Assembly: GCA_014297435.1 (NCBI GenBank)
Contig: JACOQA010000001.1
Location: 32,001 to 96,000, forward strand
DNA from: Candidatus Nanohaloarchaea archaeon
GTDB lineage: Archaea; Nanohalarchaeota; Nanosalinia; Nanosalinales; Nanosalinaceae
DNA: 64,000 nucleotides
Reading direction: 5' to 3'
In this document: positions 50,174 through 59,365 of the stretch, piece after piece
Position numbering within the stretch: position 1 is the first letter of the stretch
Layout of the letters: each line of letters begins with the position of its first letter
The notes under the pieces: model-generated
Told to the model about the DNA's origin: nothing
Databases searched by the model: none
Seen by the model: only the letters and a program-made list of their open reading frames with translations
Made by a program: the position numbers and the translations under genes

Positions 50174-51336
50174 CAGACATTCAACCTCATTTCTAGGTCT
50201 GTCAGGCTTCCGTTTCTGTAGAAACCGGTCAAGAATTTTTGTCTTGAAACGACTTCTTGTAATGGTGTCGGATAGCCCATTGAAGCTAATTTGCCCGAAT
50301 TATCGGAAATAGAAAGATTAAAGTTTTCTGGACTTATATCAAGTGCTTCTTCCAAATCTTGATTCGACTTATTGTTTAAGTTCTTAATTTTATCGACGGA
50401 AACAGTAGAAAAGCTTTCCAAAGGTCCAAAAACTATTCTTCCTTGTTTATAGGAGTTAATTCTTTTTTTACCGTAAGAATGGTCTTTGTCATGAAGCCTT
50501 ATCCTGAGGCGCTCTGAGTCTATTTCGGCTAATACAGTTGAGCTATCTGGTTTTGAAACCTTGGCATTTAGTTTTCCAATGAAGCTAATTCCATAATTGG
50601 AAGCGACAGTAAATCCTGAGGTTTTTCCATCCTTGAATAAACCTGTTCCAGCTAGTTCTGTTGTAGAATCATCTTTCGCCCAGTAGAGTTTTGACATGTT
50701 TTTCAATCTGAAAGATAAACCTGAAGCGTTCTCGATTATAATTTCCTTGGAGTTATTATAGATCTTTAAGCCGGCGTCTTCCAGCTCTGCATGCAAAAGA
50801 TTGTTCTTGATGTCAAAAGTTCCTATGCCGAGGTCGGCAGATGAAGAAAGAACTTCTTTACCGTTTATTCTCATCGATTCCAGTCCGTTTCCACCAGTCA
50901 TTACTGAAATAAATGAGTTGTTCATCCAATCGTTGATCTCGATATCGCTATAGAGATCTCCTGTCAGGTTTTCTGCATAAAGATTTATCTCTCTCGTACT
51001 GTCCGTTTTGTCTAATATCATTATGGTTCTGTTCTCGTGTAGCTCTGCTGCTTGTTCTTTGAGGCTTGCGTTTCTGTAATAATTGTTGAAGAAATGTCTG
51101 CGATCTACGGGTACGTTAGAAATTGAATTTGGAGATTCCATTATTAGGGATTTTCGACCAATCGGGCTGGAAGTTTCTGATATTAGTTGGTTGGATGTTT
51201 CAAGAGCGATGTTTTCCAGGTTCCCTGTGTTTCCTCCGGTCTGGTAACTAGATAGAAAAATAATGCTTGAGAGGAGTGTAACTATCATCAGACCGAGTCC
51301 TATTGACCAGTCGATGTTTACCGTTTGTCCTTTCAA
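50170..51336 (-). CDS. Class III signal peptide protein
   Basis: MKG|QTVNIDWSIGLGLMIVTLL; TTG start overlaps the upstream stop. Confidence 0.8.
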   Translation of the reverse strand: MKGQTVNIDWSIGLGLMIVTLLSSIIFLSSYQTGGNTGNLENIALETSNQLISETSSPIGRKSLIMESPNSISNVPVDRRHFFNNYYRNASLKEQAAELHENRTIMILDKTDSTREINLYAENLTGDLYSDIEINDWMNNSFISVMTGGNGLESMRINGKEVLSSSADLGIGTFDIKNNLLHAELEDAGLKIYNNSKEIIIENASGLSFRLKNMSKLYWAKDDSTTELAGTGLFKDGKTSGFTVASNYGISFIGKLNAKVSKPDSSTVLAEIDSERLRIRLHDKDHSYGKKRINSYKQGRIVFGPLESFSTVSVDKIKNLNNKSNQDLEEALDISPENFNLSISDNSGKLASMGYPTPLQEVVSRQKFLTGFYRNGSLTDLEMRLNVW

Positions 51337-52244
51337 TTAATATTCACCTTGTCTGAACCAGTTTTCTCGATGGAAATCGAGTATCTTCCGGATGATAGGT
51401 CCAGATTGGAGGTAATACCGGTTTCAGGTCGATAAATTACTCTAACCAGAGGATTGGTGTATATAGTAAAACCAAAGTTCGGCTTTAGTTTGTTGAGAAG
51501 ATTTCTATTGTTTATGAGCTGCTTTCTATTATTGATGGTGCTGTAACTGCCTTCTGTGAAAGGCAGGATGAAATTTGCCTGGTTATAACTTCTTGTAAGT
51601 CTCAAAACATTGTCTTTACGTATTTTTCGCTCAGCTTTCAAGAAGCTTGGAGCAACTATTCCGGAAATATAGTTTTCTGAATCTGAAACTAAGTAAGGGA
51701 AGTCTGCTGGAGGCATAATACTTTTTTCTGATGAGAGTTGTTGGCTGTCAAAATAGGTTGTGTCGGAAGAGCTCAGATTAAAATTCATCTCCAAAGTTAC
51801 ATTTTCAGGGCTTTGGTAGCTCCCACAAATCTTTGTATCGAAAACTGAAGGTTTAGAAACGTGTGCATTATCTTTCGATGAAACGGAGAAAAGAACGGTT
51901 GAGTTGGATGGACAAGATCCTTTTGAGGTGGTTGTCGCCATCCTGCCAGTACATACGTTCAGATTATACGAATCGAAGACCGAGAAATGTGCTTTCTCTT
52001 CACGTGATGAAAGATAGAATCCGGTATTAGCGTCGCACGATGTACCTATACTTGAGTCTTCTATTCCAGAAATACAGACGTTATTCGAGAAAAAATCAGG
52101 TTCTGCAGGGTGGCTATAGGCTTCACTACTGTCAAAAGAGATAACAGGTTCATAGTTTCCGCAGTCCTCGGCGTACTTCACGTCCAATGCCGCAGAGCTG
52201 GGAAGCAGAAGGCAGACAGCTAGTAAAATTTTATACATTTTCAT
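51333..52244 (-). CDS. Secreted protein with three C..S..H..C repeats
   Basis: Signal peptide MKMYKILLAVCLLLPSSAA; three Cys-closed repeats; paralog of the next gene. Confidence 0.75.
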   Translation of the reverse strand: MKMYKILLAVCLLLPSSAALDVKYAEDCGNYEPVISFDSSEAYSHPAEPDFFSNNVCISGIEDSSIGTSCDANTGFYLSSREEKAHFSVFDSYNLNVCTGRMATTTSKGSCPSNSTVLFSVSSKDNAHVSKPSVFDTKICGSYQSPENVTLEMNFNLSSSDTTYFDSQQLSSEKSIMPPADFPYLVSDSENYISGIVAPSFLKAERKIRKDNVLRLTRSYNQANFILPFTEGSYSTINNRKQLINNRNLLNKLKPNFGFTIYTNPLVRVIYRPETGITSNLDLSSGRYSISIEKTGSDKVNIN

Positions 52245-52426
52245 AAGTAGAAAATTTGTCTTTTCTCCGTTATTAAACCTATACGACCTCATCAGTTCAA
52301 TGACGTTAGGGAAAGATGGCGGGAATACCTCAAGTTATCTAGTTAAACTCTGAACTGTCGAACTAGTTCACACCTTTAAAATTCATAACATAGGAGAAAA
52401 TCGGTTTTAGGCAAGTTCAATCAAAT

Positions 52427-53344
52427 CTAATTAGGATTAATTTTGATAGCAACCTCTGAATTCCGAAGTCCGCTGTTTCCTATTCTGAGACTTCCACGTT
52501 CTCTTATCGTTTCTGTGTTTTCTAAGGTCGTATTAGGTCTATAAATGACTTTTACGAGAGGCAATTTGTTTAAAACATCTCCAAAGCTAGGTTCTACTTG
52601 ATTCATTAATATTCTGTCGTTTATCTCCTTCTGTCGTTCTTCGATATCACTTCTTCCACCATTTGAGAAAGGGACTAGGAAGGTTGACCTATCTTGTAAG
52701 GTCATAGAGATCGTTTCAGTCTCTGGATAAGAGAGTTTTAGGAATTCTCCATATCCGACAATTCCCAGAGGCTGCTCAGAAGTGATGTAGGGATATTCGA
52801 CCGGCGCTTTCAGCTCCTCTCCTGTCGAGATATTTGAATCGCTTGCAGAGATTTTCCCTGAAACTCCTTCAACCTCTAAGGTAACGTTTTCCGGTATTTT
52901 GCTCGTTACGCACAGACTTTGATCGTAGGCGTCATTTTCGAACTGTGGTGAGGCGGCATGCGTGTTGGTCTCCCCTGTGACGGAGAGAGCTTTCGTTCCG
53001 TTCGTGCAACCGGGTTCTATCGATGCTTGAAGCCTTCCTGAGCATAAACTGTACGTATAATGGTTTTCAAATATGCTTAAATGGGAATTTGTCTTGTTTT
53101 CGAGAGAGAAGAGCGGTTCATTGTCTGAGCCACATGACAGACCGATCTCAATCTTGTCGGCGCCTTCAACGCATAACTGGTTCGGGTAATAACCTGGTTC
53201 AGCTACATGCCCTCCATCAGTCTTATTCAGAGATAAGAGGCTTTCAGTTCCGCTTTTACAGCTGTTTTCGACTGAGACATCTATCGCCGAAACGCTGTGA
53301 GTTAGAGCCAATATTAGCCCTAACAAAATATATTTTCTCTTCAC
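52427..53344 (-). CDS. Secreted protein with three C..S..H..C repeats
   Basis: Signal peptide MKRKYILLGLILALTHSVSA; shares PENVTLE, YPY/FPY and PF motifs with 51333-52244. Confidence 0.78.
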   Translation of the reverse strand: MKRKYILLGLILALTHSVSAIDVSVENSCKSGTESLLSLNKTDGGHVAEPGYYPNQLCVEGADKIEIGLSCGSDNEPLFSLENKTNSHLSIFENHYTYSLCSGRLQASIEPGCTNGTKALSVTGETNTHAASPQFENDAYDQSLCVTSKIPENVTLEVEGVSGKISASDSNISTGEELKAPVEYPYITSEQPLGIVGYGEFLKLSYPETETISMTLQDRSTFLVPFSNGGRSDIEERQKEINDRILMNQVEPSFGDVLNKLPLVKVIYRPNTTLENTETIRERGSLRIGNSGLRNSEVAIKINPN

Positions 53345-53411
53345 GTTAACCCTATTGTCTTAAGTCGAATAAAAGATCAACTTTATATCCCATTGATTCT
53401 CAGTCTTTGAT

Positions 53412-53996
53412 ATGGGTTTAGCAAGAGTCGGAGTCATTTCAATATTTGTAATATTTTTGGCTGCTTTTGTGACTGCACCAACTGTACAGCACCATCCTTT
53501 CTCCGAGCTCTTTCCGCCTGACCAGGATTTAAATTTCGGTGAATACGATGCATTCAACTTGACAGAGCTTGATTTGTCTGACGGTTCAATTTTTACAGGT
53601 AATGTGGTAAGAAACCAGGGGAACACTATCGATATAATACGCTTTATTGACAGCGGTCTTATAGAGATTCCTAACGGGGGTATTGAAGTTTCTGGCTCCA
53701 GTAAGTTCCAAAATAACGTTGAGTTTAGAAGCTCCGGTGACACTGTAAAACTGAACGGCACTGGAGGAAACCATACATACATGGAGTTTTACAAAGAATC
53801 CTCAAATCCTGGGGTGAGATCTGCTTGGGTCGGCTATGGAAGTGCTTCACGATCCGCATTCACTATCAAGAATGAACTCGGAGATAAGATCGAACTCAAG
53901 GGAGGAAAGGTTGAAGCCGCGGGAGGAGTAGACCTAAAGGGCAACAATTTAACTTCTTCCACCGGAGGTGAGATTTGTGTCGGAAGATACTGTTGA
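53412..53996 (+). CDS. Secreted or membrane-anchored protein with a tail-fibre-like domain
   Basis: N-terminal hydrophobic helix; NHTYMEFY...RSAWVGYGS...FTIKNE; GGVDLKGNNL; C-terminal EICVGRYC. Confidence 0.65.
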   Translation: MGLARVGVISIFVIFLAAFVTAPTVQHHPFSELFPPDQDLNFGEYDAFNLTELDLSDGSIFTGNVVRNQGNTIDIIRFIDSGLIEIPNGGIEVSGSSKFQNNVEFRSSGDTVKLNGTGGNHTYMEFYKESSNPGVRSAWVGYGSASRSAFTIKNELGDKIELKGGKVEAAGGVDLKGNNLTSSTGGEICVGRYC

Positions 53997-55167
53997 AATA
54001 AAGAAAGAAGAACTTGAAGAACTAATAGAGAAAAAGGTGGAGGAAAGAGTAGAGGAGCGTGTTAGAGAAGAAATTGAGGATGAGCCTCAGAAAAATGATG
54101 TAGATGAGGGAATATCCCGTAGAGGCTTCTTGAAGAAGCTTGGGGCAGGAGCTTTAGGTTTTGGAGCTATTTCTCTGCCTTCTGTTTCTGCACTTGATAT
54201 CAGAAGTGACGGTCTAAGTTATTATGGAGGTCAAAACAGTAATCTAGATTTCGATATTGATAACTCGGGTAATGTAAATCTATTAGGTTCCTTGAGTCTT
54301 GGAGGCAATCTGAAGGCTAAGGATGGAGAATTGATTTGGGATGAAGCTAAATCGCAGATTCCGTCTTCTGTAGTTGATCTGTCTGGAATCAACCATGATA
54401 ATTTATCCGGTGTTTCCGCTGATGACCACCACCCTGATCCAAGGTATGGCATAAGAAATTTAGAGCTTCAGAACACTGAGATGGATGATTCTTGGGTTTC
54501 CGGACAGTCTGGAGGACAGATTGGGTGGGATGCCTCAGTAGGGTTCTTTGTCCACTACGGCAGTTCTGGCGGTGGTGTTGGGAAAGGTTACGGAACCCTC
54601 TTAGATACAAGCAATCTACAGTTAGGCTCCAACCTGTATTTTAGTGGAGGAGAGTCTGAAGATGTAAGACCCTCTTTAGCAATTGATCAAGGTTCGGGTA
54701 GTGGTCTAGATGCAGATACAATTGACGGCAAACATGCTTCAGAATTAGGGGGGGAATTCAGGTTTGGACACGGTCTCAGAGCTAGAGGCTCATTTAGTGG
54801 GAACACGAATGCTCCTTCGGACAGTGTACAAACTTTGACTCAACCCCATAGATCTTTCTCTGGGGCTGTAAATGCAAAAATAGAGTTGGAAGCTAATGGC
54901 TCACAAAGCGGAACCGCAAGTGCAGATGCAGGAATAGAGGCAACTTTGCAAACTTCTGGAGGTGCAACAATACTCGCTGGAAACACTACAGCTACGGGTA
55001 ACGAGTTCTCATCTACGTTTAAGCAAACCCAAACAAATATTAATTTGACTCCAAATGATGAAATTACGGCCCGGGTCCATGTAACGAATGTTGCTGACGT
55101 ATATGCATCTAAAGATGCCCAGGCGACTGCGAGTGCAAATGGTACTGCTTCATTATGGGTTGAATAA
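53977..55167 (+). CDS. Twin-arginine signal protein with phage tail-fibre-like motifs
   Basis: GTG after GGAGGTGA SD; SRRGFLKKLGAGALGFGAISLPSVSA Tat signal; INHDNLSGVSADDHH and GSGSGLDADTIDGKHASEL motifs. Confidence 0.75.
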   Translation: MSEDTVEIKKEELEELIEKKVEERVEERVREEIEDEPQKNDVDEGISRRGFLKKLGAGALGFGAISLPSVSALDIRSDGLSYYGGQNSNLDFDIDNSGNVNLLGSLSLGGNLKAKDGELIWDEAKSQIPSSVVDLSGINHDNLSGVSADDHHPDPRYGIRNLELQNTEMDDSWVSGQSGGQIGWDASVGFFVHYGSSGGGVGKGYGTLLDTSNLQLGSNLYFSGGESEDVRPSLAIDQGSGSGLDADTIDGKHASELGGEFRFGHGLRARGSFSGNTNAPSDSVQTLTQPHRSFSGAVNAKIELEANGSQSGTASADAGIEATLQTSGGATILAGNTTATGNEFSSTFKQTQTNINLTPNDEITARVHVTNVADVYASKDAQATASANGTASLWVE

Positions 55168-55178
55168 AGGTGGGAAAA

Positions 55179-55610
55179 ATGCGAGAGATAAACGATAAGA
55201 TTTTCCATTTTATATCAGGGGAAAGTGTGCAAAATGGGGATATAGAGAGGAATTTGAATGATGAAGGTCAGGACGTTTTGGATCGTCTGTACAGGGGAGG
55301 TCATATGATGGCTGTAAGAGATGGTTCAAACCTCAACAGTATTTGGAATTACAGCTTGGTGAGCGGCGATTTGGAGCTGAAGACGGTTTGGTACAGGCCT
55401 GAAACCAGAGGGGGCTACGGGAAGTGGGATGAGCTTTATATCTTGATGGAGCATGAAAACGTAAGCCTGATTAAATCAGAAACTCCTACAGCCGAGTTTG
55501 CAGATAAACTTGTGTCTAGAGGTGGAGATGATAAATTCTTCAGGAGAATAGGGAAAAAGAAGGTTAAAATAAGGAAAGAAGATCTAGAGGAGGATGTCGA
55601 CATTGCATAG
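55179..55610 (+). CDS. Hypothetical protein
   Basis: ORF directly after the Tat fibre gene; ATG at 55179 after AGGTGG. Confidence 0.6.
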   Translation: MREINDKIFHFISGESVQNGDIERNLNDEGQDVLDRLYRGGHMMAVRDGSNLNSIWNYSLVSGDLELKTVWYRPETRGGYGKWDELYILMEHENVSLIKSETPTAEFADKLVSRGGDDKFFRRIGKKKVKIRKEDLEEDVDIA

Positions 55611-55893
55611 GTTTGAGTCAGAAGTATCGAATAAAATGATTGAGAAAGATGACTTTTTCGCGACAAGATTTGAAATTACGGAGATTGACGAACAGTTTGA
55701 TGAAGCCTATTTTTCAATAGTCTGTAATTCATGTAATCTGGCAGATAATAAGATATTTTTGAGATCTCCGCCTCATACATTGAGGATTACTTGTGATTAT
55801 TGCGGGCAGGCTCATAGAATTCATTTCGAATCATATGACAAGTTTATAGATTATATCAAGTCTGAAACAAGCGTTAGTGTTCACGAAAATTAA
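55594..55893 (+). CDS. Small Zn-ribbon protein
   Basis: CNSC...CDYC; GAGGAGG SD. Confidence 0.6.
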   Translation: MSTLHRFESEVSNKMIEKDDFFATRFEITEIDEQFDEAYFSIVCNSCNLADNKIFLRSPPHTLRITCDYCGQAHRIHFESYDKFIDYIKSETSVSVHEN

Positions 55894-55950
55894 TGCAAAT
55901 CTTTGAGGGGCAAAGTATACAAAGTCTTACAATAAATTGTATTGATACCA

Positions 55951-57297
55951 ATGTCTACTGATGTAGTTGTATTTATAGACGCTCTATCTCCGAGAGAGCT
56001 GGAAGGCTTTTTGGAGGAGAATTATCAGGGAAATATGGATGCCGATGTACCCCGTGTAACACCAAGAGTTATGTCAAGTATATATACCGGATTAAGTCCG
56101 GCGGAAAACGGTATGATGTCTATATCCAAAGAGGGTGGAGAAGATGCTACAAGACCCAAGAAGTCCACTTTTATTGATCAGGCTGTAAGGGAGGGAAAGA
56201 AGGTTTTGTCCATGGGAATGCCTTTCAGCGTACCGTTCAAAATTGATTCTGTAGAGGCAGAAGAATTTGAATCTCTACTTCAGGGAGGTGCACTTCAGGG
56301 AGAATCATATACGTTACCTGGACAAGCTTCAGATATATTGAATGTTCCTGCGCCATCCGCTGACATGATTAAGGACCACCCTGATACAACTTATTCAAGT
56401 TTTCTGGATCAGACAAGACAGTTTTTCCTGAGAGCTAAAGAGAATATAAGGAGAGATGATTTCGACGTAGTCTTTCTTGGTTATCGGCTTGTAGACTCTT
56501 ATTGCCACTTTCAGCATACAGAGGAGCGAAATGGGAAGCCTTACAGGCAGCATCTTATTGATAATGTTCAATCGCTTTTGAAGGAGATAGATAATCAGAT
56601 TGACGGCGACTTAATGTTTTTCTCTGATCACGGTCAGACCGAGTTAACAGATACATTCAGGGTAAACAAATGGTTGAAAGAAAATGGCTGGCTGGATTAC
56701 AGAGTTGATTACGACTTTATAGATGATTTAACCAAGTATCAGCAGGGTGAAAAACACCCTGTAAATGAAAGGGTTGAAAACCAGGTAACTTTGAATCAGC
56801 CGGGTGTGAGGTTGGATGAAGAGAACTCGAAAGTTGTATGCTCAGATCCTTTTGACTCATGCTTAACTTTGCTATGTGATAGAGAAGATTTTGATGAAGA
56901 GAAGTTTAGAGAGGAGTTAATGTCGACAGGGATGTATCGTTCCGTCAAGTACAAGTGGGAAATTTACGACGAGGACGCTGACTTTTACGAGACAGTTCCC
57001 GATATAATTCCCGATAGAGCCGAAGGGGTATTTGTCTCCGGCAACCTACACAAGAATCCGATCGGAATGGGGTACTACAGAACCGGTGTACACGACAGAA
57101 CTGCGTGTTTCGGCGCCACCAAAAAGTTGAATATCTCTGATAAGGAAGAAATTAAGCCAGAGGACATGTATGATGTAATAACTGATTTCATTGATCTAGA
57201 GTTGACCGAGCCGCCTTTAGACGAGCAAGATATCAATGGCTGGAACGATGAAGAGGTAAAGCTTGCAAGAAAGAGACTGGAGGGAAATAAGGAATGA
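55951..57297 (+). CDS. Alkaline phosphatase superfamily protein (type I phosphodiesterase/nucleotide pyrophosphatase-like)
   Basis: VVFIDAL, TPRVMSSIYTG, DSYCH, FSDHG, FRVNKWLKENGWL, TGVHD. Confidence 0.85.
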   Translation: MSTDVVVFIDALSPRELEGFLEENYQGNMDADVPRVTPRVMSSIYTGLSPAENGMMSISKEGGEDATRPKKSTFIDQAVREGKKVLSMGMPFSVPFKIDSVEAEEFESLLQGGALQGESYTLPGQASDILNVPAPSADMIKDHPDTTYSSFLDQTRQFFLRAKENIRRDDFDVVFLGYRLVDSYCHFQHTEERNGKPYRQHLIDNVQSLLKEIDNQIDGDLMFFSDHGQTELTDTFRVNKWLKENGWLDYRVDYDFIDDLTKYQQGEKHPVNERVENQVTLNQPGVRLDEENSKVVCSDPFDSCLTLLCDREDFDEEKFREELMSTGMYRSVKYKWEIYDEDADFYETVPDIIPDRAEGVFVSGNLHKNPIGMGYYRTGVHDRTACFGATKKLNISDKEEIKPEDMYDVITDFIDLELTEPPLDEQDINGWNDEEVKLARKRLEGNKE

Positions 57298-58232
57298 CCT
57301 GGAATGGAAGAGCCAGCTGGAGGAATGCCAAACCTATTGGAGGATCACAGACTCAAAAAGTAGGAGAAGCAGTTTCTGCCTTAGAAAAAGCCATTGAGGA
57401 AAATGAGAAGGTACTATTCCTTTGGACGGGTGGTAAGGAGGCACAGGTTATTGCAGATTTACTGCTTTATGAGGTCGGTGAAGAAGATGGTGTTTCCCCT
57501 GTACCTTTTGGGGTTATCGATACTGGCAACCAGTTCGAAAGTATGTATGATTTTAGAGAGGAGTTCTTGGCTGCCGATGGCGACAAAGGAGCTAACACTG
57601 TTGGACCGTTCGAGGGTATAGGAAATAAGGTTATAGTTGAGAGACATGACGAGTTTTTGGAGAAAATAATTGAGAATGAAAATGATCCTCGCGGATATCA
57701 TGGAAAACACTCCGGAGAATGGAAATGTCCTGAATGCCGGCAGAAAGCCAAAAGAGATAACACTACTATTATCTGCGAGGGTTGCGGTGAAACAAAACTT
57801 GAATCTGTACAAAGACAGAATCTTTCGCCCGAAGAATGGGGTGTTCCTGAATCGTGTGGCGCACTAAAGGTCGAGCCATTGAAACGTTTCGTTAAAGATC
57901 ATGGTTTCACTACCATGATTACGGGCATTCGAGGTACTGATATGATCGAACAGGGTGACTCCGATTCTAGAATTTTTGAGGAAAAAAACGAACCCGCAAA
58001 TTATTCACGGATTAACCCGTTGATTAATTGGAGTGAGGAGAATGTGTGGGCTTACATTAAAGCTGAATCTGTTTCATATCCGGAGCTTTATGACCAGGGT
58101 TACAGGCATACTGATTCGAAGTGCTGTACATCTAAGGAAGATCGTGGTGGCGCGGATGAATACGGTGAGGGCGGCATAGATGCCGAAAAGGCTGCAGCTA
58201 AGAAAGATCTTCAGGACATGGGGTACGTATAA
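57294..58232 (+). CDS. PAPS reductase / CysD-family protein with Zn-ribbon insertion
   Basis: WTGGKEA (PP-loop variant), IDTG, LKVEPL, ITGIRG, RINPLINW, LYDQGYR; CPEC/CEGC insert; C-terminal LQDMGYV. Confidence 0.85.
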   Translation: MTWNGRASWRNAKPIGGSQTQKVGEAVSALEKAIEENEKVLFLWTGGKEAQVIADLLLYEVGEEDGVSPVPFGVIDTGNQFESMYDFREEFLAADGDKGANTVGPFEGIGNKVIVERHDEFLEKIIENENDPRGYHGKHSGEWKCPECRQKAKRDNTTIICEGCGETKLESVQRQNLSPEEWGVPESCGALKVEPLKRFVKDHGFTTMITGIRGTDMIEQGDSDSRIFEEKNEPANYSRINPLINWSEENVWAYIKAESVSYPELYDQGYRHTDSKCCTSKEDRGGADEYGEGGIDAEKAAAKKDLQDMGYV

Positions 58233-58380
58233 TTGTTCAATCTGAGTTAATATAGTGGACTCAAATTTTTGCAGATAATTAGTTTAATCCTTCTGAGAAA
58301 TTGACGCGCAATCAACAGTAAGCTGGTTGCATTGGTTCCTGTGGCAAAGTTATATAGGTTCGATTCCCTTACAATCAACT

Positions 58381-58617
58381 ATGGTATTAAGTCCAGGTTT
58401 AGGAGAGATCGTATTGATCGGAGCTGCGGTACTATTCCTCATAATGGGTCCTAAAAAGCTTCCTCAGTTTGCCAGATCTTTAGGTGAATCAAAGAAAGAG
58501 TTCAAGAAGTCTATGAACGAGGCACAGGAAGTAGTTGATGAAGCCGAAGAAGTAGGAGAGGAAATGAGACCTGATGCAGAATCTGAAGTAGAGGATATAA
58601 AGTCTTCAAGTGAATGA
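58381..58617 (+). CDS. tatA: Twin-arginine translocase TatA
   Basis: GLGEIVLIG...MGPKKLPQFARSLGESKKEFKK; ATG at 58381. Confidence 0.93.
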   Translation: MVLSPGLGEIVLIGAAVLFLIMGPKKLPQFARSLGESKKEFKKSMNEAQEVVDEAEEVGEEMRPDAESEVEDIKSSSE

Positions 58618-58623
58618 TCGGGG

Positions 58624-59310
58624 ATGCAGCAGTTAGAAGATCATGTAATAGAGCTTAGAAGGCGGCTAATACGTATATCAATATCTCTAGTAATAGCCAC
58701 TGCTTTATCCTTCTATTTCTCGCCTGACATACTTATCTGGCTTCAAAATGATCTTTCAGTAGAGGTACACGCTTTGAAAGCGTTCGAAACTTTCTACACT
58801 GAGTTGATGATAGCCTTGATTCTTGGATTCTTCATAAGTCTTCCATACACGATTTACCAGATAATCAAGTTCATGAAGCCAGGGCTTAAAGAAAGAGAAT
58901 ACAAGGTTATGAGAAACTATCTTCCTTTCTCAATAATACTGTTTCTCGGCGGAGCGGTTTTCGCATACGAATTTGTTATTAAGGCAAGTTTTGCCTTCTT
59001 TGAAGGAGTAGGTCAATCTGCCGGCGTAACCTCGGTATGGGGTCTAAAAAACACTCTAGGTTTTGCGATGAAGATTTCAGGATTTACAGGGGTATTTTTC
59101 CAGTTACCTATAGTTTCAGTAGTTCTCGCTAGGGCAGGAATACTTGAATCCGAGATGATGGTCAAGTACAGGAACTATTTCATTGTGGCTGTGCTTCTAT
59201 TCTCAGCCATGGCAACTCCTCCGGATTTGATTACGCAGATTCTGATAACCTTGCCTGTCATAGGACTCTATCAAGTCAGTATCTTCTTGGTGGGAAAGAT
59301 TCAGAACTGA
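58624..59310 (+). CDS. tatC: Twin-arginine translocase TatC
   Basis: LEDHVIELRRRL, FMKPGLKERE, FQLP, TPPD, LYQVS. Confidence 0.95.
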   Translation: MQQLEDHVIELRRRLIRISISLVIATALSFYFSPDILIWLQNDLSVEVHALKAFETFYTELMIALILGFFISLPYTIYQIIKFMKPGLKEREYKVMRNYLPFSIILFLGGAVFAYEFVIKASFAFFEGVGQSAGVTSVWGLKNTLGFAMKISGFTGVFFQLPIVSVVLARAGILESEMMVKYRNYFIVAVLLFSAMATPPDLITQILITLPVIGLYQVSIFLVGKIQN

Positions 59311-59365
59311 GGCTCTTTTAAAAAGTTAGGGTTTCCACTTCCTAATATGCAACGTGATAAACACT

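Noticed and set aside
52261-52295. CTGATGA...GAAA on the minus strand (hammerhead ribozyme or box C)
   Set aside because: No convincing stems I-III and no paired D box could be built.
53412-58232. Prophage or provirus
   Set aside because: No integrase, terminase, portal or capsid gene and no att repeats seen; the fibre-like proteins carry export signals.
58357-58367. GGTTCGATTCC T-loop-like motif (tRNA remnant or att site)
   Set aside because: No cloverleaf or matching direct repeat found; it lies in the tatA promoter region.
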